Part shown: piece after piece, positions 18,505 through 26,315 of the stretch | How positions within the stretch are numbered: position 1 is the stretch's first letter | How the letters are laid out: each line of letters starts with the position of its first letter | NCBI GenBank assembly: GCA_963668675.2 | Contig: CAXXMB010000001.1 | Coordinates: 928,001 to 992,000, forward strand | Length of the DNA: 64,000 bases | Origin: an uncultured Desulfatitalea sp. | GTDB taxonomy: Bacteria > Desulfobacterota > Desulfobacteria > Desulfobacterales > Desulfosarcinaceae | Reading direction: 5' to 3' | Notes under the pieces: model-generated | Seen by the model: the letters and a program-made list of their open reading frames with translations, nothing else | What the model was told of the DNA's origin: nothing | The model's database searches: none | Position numbers and translations under genes: made by a program

Positions 18505-20208
18505 ATGGCACTCAAAGTACTTGTTGTCGGCGCGGTTGCGCTTGGCCCCAAAGTGGCCTGTCGCCTGAAACGACTGATGCCTTCGGCCGACATTACCATG
18601 ATTGAAAAAGAGGGGCAGTTCTCTTACGGCGGTTGCGGCATTCCCTACTTTGTCAGCGGCGATGTGCCCAACATCGAGGGCTTATGCTCAACGAGCTCGC
18701 ACGCCTTGCGCGACGGCGTCTTCTTTAAAAAAGCAAAAGGCATCACCATTCGCTCAAAAACCGAAGCCGTGGCCATTGATCGGAAAAACAAGCTATTAAC
18801 GGTGAGGGATTTGGAGACCGACACCACCAGCGACCTACCCTATGACAAGTTGGTACTGGCCACCGGGGCCACCCCGGTCGTACCACCGATCCAAGGCGCC
18901 GATCTTCCCGGAGTCAGCGTGGTTTCAAACCTCGAGCATGCCATGCGCATCAAGGATCGTATCGCCAAGGGCACGGTTAACCGGGCGGTGGTCATCGGCG
19001 CCGGCGCCATCGGCCTTGAAATGGCCGAGGCTCTATCGGATATGTGGGAGGTGGATACCACCCTGGTCGAGATGGCCGACCAGCTGTTGCCCCAGGCCAT
19101 CGGACCCGACATGAGTGTTTTGGTCCAGAAGCATATGGAATCAAAAGGCGTCCACATTCGCCTCTCGGATGTGGTGACCGAGATCGAAGGCGATCCCGAG
19201 ACGGGCGTGGTTGCAGTGAAAACCAAAAAGACCCGAATACCGTGCGATATGGTGATCCTGGCTGTGGGCGTCCGTCCCAACGGCCGATTGGCCGCCGAAG
19301 CCGGGCTCTCCACTGGCAGCTTCGGTGGCATCGTCGTAGACAAGTGCCTGAGAACCTCGGACCCCGACATCTACGCCGGAGGGGATTGCATCGAAATGGT
19401 ACACCTGGTGAGCGGTTTCCAAGTGCCGATGCCGCTAGGCTCTCTGGCCAACCGGCAGGGGCGTGTGATCGGCTCCAACATCGCCGGGGTCCACTCCCAG
19501 TTTAACGGCACGGTGGGCAGTTTTTGCATCAAGGTGTTCGACATGGGCGTGGCCACTGCGGGCCTCACCTGCCAGCAGGCAGAAGCGGCCGGATTCGAAC
19601 CGGTTCATTCCCTGGTGGCCCAGGCGGACAGGGCCCACTTCTACCCGACTCATGCCCTGATGTATGTCAAACTGATTGCAGATCGGAAGAGCCGCAGGGT
19701 GCTTGGTGTCGAAGCGGTCGGCCCCAACGGAGATGCAGTTAAGGCACGCGTGGATGCCGTGGCGGCACTTCTGCCCTACGCCGTGGATGTATCGACCATC
19801 TCGAATCTCGAAGTGGCATACGCACCGCCGTATGCTTCGGCAATGGATATCATCAACAACGCTGCCAATGTTCTCGACAACATCATGATGGGATATAACG
19901 CGCCCATCGATGTCAGCTCCTTTATCGCCGATTTCAATGCAGAAAAGACAACGGTGCTCGACGTTCGCGGCCAGGCCGAATCGAAACCGTTTCGGGAAAA
20001 GTACGGGGAGCGATGGATCAACATTCCCCAGCCTGAGTTGGCAGAGAGGCTCGCCGAGTTGCCCAAAGAGGAAGCGATGTGCCTGATCTGCGACACCGGC
20101 CCGCGCTCTTACGAAGCGCAGCTGCTGCTGCGCTCTCACGGTATCAGCAACACCAAAAACATTCAGGGGGGATACGGCATGCTCCGCAGCTCCAACCCCG
20201 ATTTTTAA
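18505..20208 (+). CDS. FAD/NAD(P)H CoA-disulfide/persulfide reductase with C-terminal rhodanese domain (Npsr/CoADR-RHD-like)
   Basis: SYGGCGIPY redox Cys, GAGAIGLE, IYAGGDC, YAPPY; rhodanese LDVR...ICDTGPRS...IQGG. Confidence 0.9.
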   Translation: MALKVLVVGAVALGPKVACRLKRLMPSADITMIEKEGQFSYGGCGIPYFVSGDVPNIEGLCSTSSHALRDGVFFKKAKGITIRSKTEAVAIDRKNKLLTVRDLETDTTSDLPYDKLVLATGATPVVPPIQGADLPGVSVVSNLEHAMRIKDRIAKGTVNRAVVIGAGAIGLEMAEALSDMWEVDTTLVEMADQLLPQAIGPDMSVLVQKHMESKGVHIRLSDVVTEIEGDPETGVVAVKTKKTRIPCDMVILAVGVRPNGRLAAEAGLSTGSFGGIVVDKCLRTSDPDIYAGGDCIEMVHLVSGFQVPMPLGSLANRQGRVIGSNIAGVHSQFNGTVGSFCIKVFDMGVATAGLTCQQAEAAGFEPVHSLVAQADRAHFYPTHALMYVKLIADRKSRRVLGVEAVGPNGDAVKARVDAVAALLPYAVDVSTISNLEVAYAPPYASAMDIINNAANVLDNIMMGYNAPIDVSSFIADFNAEKTTVLDVRGQAESKPFREKYGERWINIPQPELAERLAELPKEEAMCLICDTGPRSYEAQLLLRSHGISNTKNIQGGYGMLRSSNPDF

Positions 20209-20295
20209 GGAGCCCATCGCCCCATACGCATCCTCCCCTCTTTCCGGAAGGGAGGATGCATCACCCAACCGATCGGAACATAAGGAGACAACGCC

Positions 20296-20949
20296 ATGCA
20301 GGACGTATCATTTTCCGATATCTCCATCGTCTCTTGCGGCACCATGAGCCTTGAGCTGAACACCTTGAAAAAGGAAGGCTTTCTGGATACCCCGCAACTT
20401 CTTTTTACAACCCCCGGACTTCATCAGGATATTCCCCAGCTGGAGAGCCAACTGCTGCGTCGGATTCAAAAGGCCAAAGAGAAGACAGAAAAGGTCATTG
20501 TCGTTTACGGCGGAAAATTTTGCTATGTGAACATCGATGAGCCCACGCGGCTGATGAAGCACATCATTGAGGAGCAGGGGCCGACCGTCGCCAGAATCGA
20601 TGCAACCCACTGCATGGACATGATTGCCAGTGAAGAGGAACGCAATCAGATTGCAAAAGAGTTGGCGGGTGACGAGCCGGTCTGGTGGATGACACCCGGA
20701 TGGATCAAGTTTAAAAAAGAGGTGTTCAAAGGATGGGACAAGGCCCTGGCCAACGAAAACTTCCCCAAGCACACGGGCGGAGCGATCGTCCTGGACGGCG
20801 TCGGTTACATGGACCAATTTATGGAAACAGATCCTGAGGGGTTTCTAGAATATTCTGATTGGATGGGGATACCCCTCATTCCCCATACAGTAACCCTTGA
20901 GCGCTTCAAGGGCCTGCTTGCGGATCAGGCTCAAAAGCTGATGGGGTGA
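20296..20949 (+). CDS. DUF1638 domain protein
   Basis: IVSCG, PGLH..IP.L, VVYGGKFC, THCMDM, WWMTPGW. Confidence 0.75.
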   Translation: MQDVSFSDISIVSCGTMSLELNTLKKEGFLDTPQLLFTTPGLHQDIPQLESQLLRRIQKAKEKTEKVIVVYGGKFCYVNIDEPTRLMKHIIEEQGPTVARIDATHCMDMIASEEERNQIAKELAGDEPVWWMTPGWIKFKKEVFKGWDKALANENFPKHTGGAIVLDGVGYMDQFMETDPEGFLEYSDWMGIPLIPHTVTLERFKGLLADQAQKLMG

Positions 20950-20958
20950 CCCGACGGA

Positions 20959-22365
20959 TCACCCATCCTTCTGAAGTGGAATATCCCACTTTTTCATATA
21001 CTTCCATATGGCCGTGCGGCTGAGGCCTGCTTGCCTGGCAACCTCGGCCTTGTTCCAATCGCACCTTTCCAGAAGGTGAACCAATTCATCTCTGGTTGGT
21101 TTTTTGCGGATCCTCGCACCCTGCGGCGCATCCTGGGGCGCCGGCTCGCAAACTTGCCCTGCTTCGGGTTGGCGAATCTCTATCGGCAGGTCGTCCATCT
21201 CTATTGTGCGCGGGTTGCAAAGCACAAAGGCGTGTTCGATGGCATTTTCCAACTCGCGCACATTGCCTGGCCATTGATGGTCCATGAGGCGCCGCATGGC
21301 GTCGTGCGACAAGTGATCCACGTGTTTACCCGTTTTTTGGTTCATTCGGCCAATAAAATGATTCACCAGCAATGGGATATCTTCTTTTCTTTCCCTCAAT
21401 GGAGGCATCTGAATGGGAAAAACCTTGAGTCGATAGTAGAGATCTTCCCGAAAATGACCGGTTTTTACATGGGCATACAAATCCTGATGTGTTGCAGCTA
21501 TCACACGAATATCGATTTTTTTCGATTTGGAATCCCCCACCCGTTGGATCTCTTTTTCTTGCAGCACGCGCAAGAGTTTAACCTGGATGTAGGGGCTAAG
21601 TTCCCCGATTTCATCTAAAAATATCGTACCGCCGTTAGCCTCTTCGAAGCGCCCGATACGATCCCTGTTGGCACCGGTGAAAGACCCGCGCATATGTCCG
21701 AAGAGTTCACTTTCGAGCAGTGTTTCTGCCAGGGCGCTGCAATTGACGGTCACCATCGGCTGCTCCCGTCTATCCCCGTTGAAGTGAATCGCACCGGCTA
21801 CCAACTCCTTGCCTGTTCCGCTCTCCCCTTGGATCAGAATCGTCGCTTCACTTGCGGCAGCAGCGGAAATCGCTGTAAAGACCCGTTGCATGGCATGTCC
21901 CTTGCCAATAATATTGTCCAGGCGATGCACTTCGCCTAGCCGCATGGCAGCTTCTTGTGCTTTTTTCCGGGCTTGATTCAATTCTGTCATGTCGGTAACC
22001 GTCTCTACAACTCCCAAAACGTTTCCATTCTCATCTTTCACGACGCCGGCATGTTTGATAACAGTGACGTCATGCCCATCCTTGTGACGGAGAAAACACT
22101 CCTTCGCTTCGGAGTATTCTTTCTCGGTGACACCGCATTTGCTGATGGCTGCCGGGCATTGCTTTCCAAAGCAGCGGCTGCACTGAAGCAGCTGACATGT
22201 TTTCCCCAATGCCTCCTTGGCAGTGTACCCGCTGATGCGCTCCATGGAAGGGTTCCAAGATGAGATTCGGCCATGGTCATCCATGGTGAATACACCATCG
22301 GCCATGGAATCGATGATCCGATTGACAAAGCGCACATTCCAGATCTCGTAGATTTTATCCTGCAT
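20959..22365 (-). CDS. Sigma-54-dependent activator (PAS-AAA+-Fis HTH), paralogue of 16289-17674
   Basis: [28 protein letters not shown]; Cys-rich PAS. Confidence 0.93.
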   Translation of the reverse strand: MQDKIYEIWNVRFVNRIIDSMADGVFTMDDHGRISSWNPSMERISGYTAKEALGKTCQLLQCSRCFGKQCPAAISKCGVTEKEYSEAKECFLRHKDGHDVTVIKHAGVVKDENGNVLGVVETVTDMTELNQARKKAQEAAMRLGEVHRLDNIIGKGHAMQRVFTAISAAAASEATILIQGESGTGKELVAGAIHFNGDRREQPMVTVNCSALAETLLESELFGHMRGSFTGANRDRIGRFEEANGGTIFLDEIGELSPYIQVKLLRVLQEKEIQRVGDSKSKKIDIRVIAATHQDLYAHVKTGHFREDLYYRLKVFPIQMPPLRERKEDIPLLVNHFIGRMNQKTGKHVDHLSHDAMRRLMDHQWPGNVRELENAIEHAFVLCNPRTIEMDDLPIEIRQPEAGQVCEPAPQDAPQGARIRKKPTRDELVHLLERCDWNKAEVARQAGLSRTAIWKYMKKWDIPLQKDG

Positions 22366-22385
22366 GAGTCGGCATGTCCTATATG

Positions 22386-22430
22386 TAAAAAGTTAACGTT
22401 AAGTTTACGTTAAATAACGTTAACTTTTTA
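22386..22430. repeat. Perfect 16-bp inverted repeat, probable operator/enhancer
   Basis: TAAAAAGTTAACGTTA-N13-TAACGTTAACTTTTTA. Confidence 0.75.
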
Positions 22431-22505
22431 GTTACTCCATGAGCACTTAATTTGTCAAATTATTAATTTTATCATTATTACAATTGGTTAACTATATTCA
22501 TTCAA

Positions 22506-22521
22506 TGGCACAGAAATTGAT
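22506..22521 (+). promoter_or_regulatory. Sigma-54 promoter with variant -12
   Basis: TGGCACAGAAATTGAT: perfect -24 TGGCAC, with TTGA in place of TTGC. Confidence 0.55.
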
Positions 22522-22649
22522 AATCAAAAATAGAAATAACCGTTCCAAAAAAGCGAATATTACCGAACAGTGATCGCTCATGCCACCCAGCGAAGTTGAA
22601 CAGCGACCAGAACAATAGAATGGCGAAAGTGCCTAAAAAGGAGATCAAA

Positions 22650-24287
22650 ATGTGGCGAATGCTTACGATACTGCAAAAAAATTTAGTTTGGTCGATACCG
22701 ATATCCATGCTGGCAGGGCTTTTCTATGGCTACTTCTTTAATGCCGCACCCCTGAAGCAATTCATCATCCCGGTGACGTTTGTCATGGTATACCCGATGA
22801 TGGTCACTCTTAATGTGAAAAGTGTCTTCAAGGGTGAAGATTACAAATTGCAACTGACCACCCAGGCGGTCAATTTCATCCTGATCCCGATACTTGCTTA
22901 CTATACCGGAAAAATCTTCTTCTCCTCCGGGATCGAGAAATATGCGCTATGGGCCGTAGGTCTGTTTTTAATCGGCGTTTTACCGACATCCGGAATGACC
23001 ATCTCCTGGACCGGCTTTGCCAAGGGAAACAAAGAAGCCGCCATTAAAATGGTGGTTTTCGGACTAATACTCGGCGCCGTAGCCGCCCCCGTCTATACGA
23101 AAGTGTTTATGGGAGCGACCATCGATGTGAACATGCTGCATATGTTCAAACAGATCGCCCTTTTTGTATTCGTCCCCTTGCTGATTGGGTTGTTGACCCA
23201 GTACATGGCAATAAGAAGATATGGTGTACAAGCCTGGAACGAGCGTATCAAACCCAAATTCCCTCCCTTTTCCGCTCTCGGCGTTACGTTAATCGCTTTT
23301 GTCGCGATGGCGCTGAAGGCCAAAAATATCATCGCCGCTCCAGGTGATATTATCTCCATCCTTCTTCCACTGGCGGTCTTCTACCTGGCGACGTACACGC
23401 TCCTGTCCATTGCCGGTCGTCTGTTTTTCAAAAGAGAGGATGCCATTGCCATGGTGTTTGGTGTGGTCATGCGTGACCTTTCCATTGCCTTGGCGATCGC
23501 TATGACCGCCTTTGGCAAACAAGGGATGACCATTGCTCTGTTGATCGCACTGGCCTATGTCATCCAGATCCAATCAGCAGCCTGGTACGTACGCCTTGTT
23601 GATACCATTTTTGGGAGATCAGCATCCAAGGGTGCAAGCGTTCCGAAATTCCTCATCAAAGTGCAGCCGGAACAGGAACCCCAAAAAATCGAACCCCTGC
23701 AAAAAGTGCAACGAGAACCGATCCCTGTCATCAACAAAATACTTTATGCGACGGACCTGTCACAAACAGCAAGACATGCCATCCGCTATGCTTGCGGCGT
23801 AGGACGCCGTTACGGTGCCGAGGTCACCGTACTGCATGTTATACCGGATCTTCTGGATGAATTTTCAAAAGGCGTTGGTATCGACTTGACCGATCATATA
23901 GGAAAAACCGAATGGGAAAGATTCAACCGAAATGGAATTGAAAAGGCGCAAAACGAAATCCATCGACGAATCCAGGAGACGAGTCAATTGGCAACCAAAC
24001 AGATGCCCGGATGCCCGTTATCCGCAGAAAATGTCAAAGTGTTAGTAGGCAACCCTGCTGAGCGGATTGTTTCTGAAAGCAACGAGGGCAATTTCGATCT
24101 GATCATTATGGGCACCCACGGACATGGGAAACTTGAAGATCGCATCATTGGCAGTATTGCGGCGGATGTGATTCGACAGAGCGAAGTACCGGTGATGGTC
24201 GTTCGGTTGCCCCAAAACAGCAAGCTCGAATTTCCTGCAAACGAAACGACTCCGGAAGAAGAAATCGCCATTCAAAAGCAGGCATAG
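22650..24287 (+). CDS. Acr3/SBF-like transporter fused to a C-terminal universal stress protein domain
   Basis: MVYPMM, PTSGMTISWTG, MRDLSIA transmembrane part; then ILYATDLS...LIIMGTHG...GSIA..V...VPVMVV. AAGGAG RBS before ATG 22650. Confidence 0.85.
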   Translation: MWRMLTILQKNLVWSIPISMLAGLFYGYFFNAAPLKQFIIPVTFVMVYPMMVTLNVKSVFKGEDYKLQLTTQAVNFILIPILAYYTGKIFFSSGIEKYALWAVGLFLIGVLPTSGMTISWTGFAKGNKEAAIKMVVFGLILGAVAAPVYTKVFMGATIDVNMLHMFKQIALFVFVPLLIGLLTQYMAIRRYGVQAWNERIKPKFPPFSALGVTLIAFVAMALKAKNIIAAPGDIISILLPLAVFYLATYTLLSIAGRLFFKREDAIAMVFGVVMRDLSIALAIAMTAFGKQGMTIALLIALAYVIQIQSAAWYVRLVDTIFGRSASKGASVPKFLIKVQPEQEPQKIEPLQKVQREPIPVINKILYATDLSQTARHAIRYACGVGRRYGAEVTVLHVIPDLLDEFSKGVGIDLTDHIGKTEWERFNRNGIEKAQNEIHRRIQETSQLATKQMPGCPLSAENVKVLVGNPAERIVSESNEGNFDLIIMGTHGHGKLEDRIIGSIAADVIRQSEVPVMVVRLPQNSKLEFPANETTPEEEIAIQKQA

Positions 24288-24394
24288 CCAAAAGTAGAGA
24301 GTAACCGTAGTAATGACAAGTGGGTGAGATCTGTTTTAGATCAGACAGCATTAGCACAATAGTAACCACAATAACCCAAAGAAAGGAGATCATT

Positions 24395-24712
24395 ATGAAG
24401 GCAAGAAACTGTTGCAAAACGATGGAGATGGAGCTTACCGGTTGGAAAGCCATCATCTATGACATCACAAGAAAGATGGAAGCACTGCCGGGAAAAGACA
24501 AGTCTAAAATACTTCCGAACATCGAAGACATGCACATGCTGATTTCTGAATTGGATGATCGAATCGATCAAATTCGGGACAACTGCACACCGGAAACGGG
24601 TATTGCGGACATTCAATCTGAAAGGGACGCCTATAACAAATCCCTGAGCACCTTGCGCGTAACAGCCGAAGAAGCGATGCGCGGACTGGGCTCGGGAAAT
24701 TTTGGCGGATAA
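24395..24712 (+). CDS. Hypothetical helical protein (105 aa)
   Basis: AAAGGAG RBS; MKARNCCKTMEMELTGWKA...NCTPE. Confidence 0.7.
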   Translation: MKARNCCKTMEMELTGWKAIIYDITRKMEALPGKDKSKILPNIEDMHMLISELDDRIDQIRDNCTPETGIADIQSERDAYNKSLSTLRVTAEEAMRGLGSGNFGG

Positions 24713-24811
24713 GCACAGGAGTGGATCTTGACAGCATGTCAGAGGAGCGGCAAGCATTAAGCTTGCCGCTATTCACCTGCCAATCGAACAGGCATTTGCG
24801 GGAGCGGCACT

Positions 24812-25162
24812 ATGGGGAATAACGATTTTACTTCTAGAAAAGATTTTGAAGGCAGTATCTCGCGGGGCATCACGGTGGTCGATTTCAATGCATCCTGGTG
24901 CGGCCCCTGCAAGGCCCAGGAGCCCATCATCAACGAGTTGGGGAGAACCTACGATGGGGAAGTGACCGTTTCGAAAGTCGATATCGACGCGCATCGTGAC
25001 CTCGCGCTATGGCTCGGCATCCAGAGCATCCCGACCATAATTATATTTAACGCAGGTGAGGAGGTTCATCGTTTCATCGGCGTGCAGACGTCGGCGACGC
25101 TTGAGAAGGCAGTCAATGCGCTTCTGCAAAACGATGAATCGTTCGCATCGCCTCTTCGCTGA
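24812..25162 (+). CDS. Thioredoxin
   Basis: DFNASWCGPCK, IQSIPT. Confidence 0.92.
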   Translation: MGNNDFTSRKDFEGSISRGITVVDFNASWCGPCKAQEPIINELGRTYDGEVTVSKVDIDAHRDLALWLGIQSIPTIIIFNAGEEVHRFIGVQTSATLEKAVNALLQNDESFASPLR

Positions 25163-26132
25163 ACTTCTTCCGCAAATGGATGTGCACGGAATACTCATCC
25201 AACGGGTGGGACTGGACGCCTTGGACAATTCCGGTCAAGGCCGCTTCTTTGCGCTTGCCACCCACCATCAACTTGAACCGAACCCCGATGCTTCTTCCGA
25301 CGAGACGCCGCACCGCCTGGCGGTTCTTGGATTGGAAATAGAACGACAACCCGCACTTTGAGATATCCCACAATTCGCCCGACACCGGACGCGACATCGA
25401 TTTACCCTGGCCCGAATCCAACACCTGAAATTTTACCGGTGTGCTCAAGTTGATCCGCTTGTATGAACGTCTGTCCATTCCCTTTTTGCGAAGCCAGGTA
25501 TAGATCCTGCTCCCTGTCCCGCAAATTTTTCTAAGGCGCTGCTCGATCTGCGGGTACTGGATCATGATGCCTTCGAGCCGTTCCCTTTCAATAAAGCACA
25601 GCTTTGTATCCGTCAGCGTGGAGACGGATGCCGTGCAGACATTGATCGAAAAAAAGGTATCCTCCCCTACCACGTCACCGCTGCCAATGGTCTGAATAAG
25701 CTGTTGCTTGTCCTCTCTCTCATGGACGACCTTTAATCGCCCCTTCTCCACGAGATAGAGGCAGTCGTTGCGATCACCCTGTTTGAGAAGGGTGCTGTCT
25801 TCCGGAATGCGCTTCTCTTTCAGCGCGAAAAAGAGCGCGTTGGCCTCATCTGTAGGCAGCTCCTCGAAGAACCGCGCCCAGAGCCTCCTGCGTCCCGGCG
25901 TCAGTGCCTTTCCCTTTTCGGCCTCGATGATCTGGTTCATTCTCACGATATCCGAAAGGGCCATGCTGTCCACTTCGTACAGCTGGTCCCGATAGGACTC
26001 GGCCCTTTCGAACTCCTGGTTCCGCGCACAGATATCCACCAGCTTGGACAACAGTTTCACGGCTTGCTCGATCTGTCCGTTCTCTATGAATCGATTTAAG
26101 CGAGCTTCCTGCTCTTCAATCGTCGTCGACAT
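25113..26132 (-). CDS. Cyclic-nucleotide-binding + PilZ domain protein
   Basis: QGD...LYLVEKG...GDVVGE cNMP domain; PilZ RxxxR (DRRSYKRI) and DxSxxG (DISKCG). Confidence 0.8.
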   Translation of the reverse strand: MSTTIEEQEARLNRFIENGQIEQAVKLLSKLVDICARNQEFERAESYRDQLYEVDSMALSDIVRMNQIIEAEKGKALTPGRRRLWARFFEELPTDEANALFFALKEKRIPEDSTLLKQGDRNDCLYLVEKGRLKVVHEREDKQQLIQTIGSGDVVGEDTFFSINVCTASVSTLTDTKLCFIERERLEGIMIQYPQIEQRLRKICGTGSRIYTWLRKKGMDRRSYKRINLSTPVKFQVLDSGQGKSMSRPVSGELWDISKCGLSFYFQSKNRQAVRRLVGRSIGVRFKLMVGGKRKEAALTGIVQGVQSHPLDEYSVHIHLRKKFSEEAMRTIHRFAEAH

Positions 26133-26315
26133 ACGCTAACCTCTGCCGAAATATCGGCTCCTTCTCCGGTGTTCCGGATCCCCCGGCCTAAACGGGGGCC
26201 ACGATTACTGCACACGATGGATAACGGGCAAATGGATCTGTAATGGTATCGGACCATTTGGGCAGTATCTTGAGGGCTCAAATCCAAAAAACCTCATGTA
26301 CGAATCAACCAAGCT

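Noticed and set aside
20228..20259. Hairpin GCATCCTCCC...GGGAGGATGC between the reductase and DUF1638 genes
   Set aside because: No U-tract, so not called a terminator; probably an ordinary intercistronic stem.
25113..25162. 50-bp 3' overlap of the convergent thioredoxin and cNMP-PilZ genes
   Set aside because: Short convergent overlaps are common; no evidence of function.
26151..26158. Sigma-28 -10-like GCCGATAT upstream of the cNMP-PilZ gene
   Set aside because: No TAAA-like -35 element at the right spacing.
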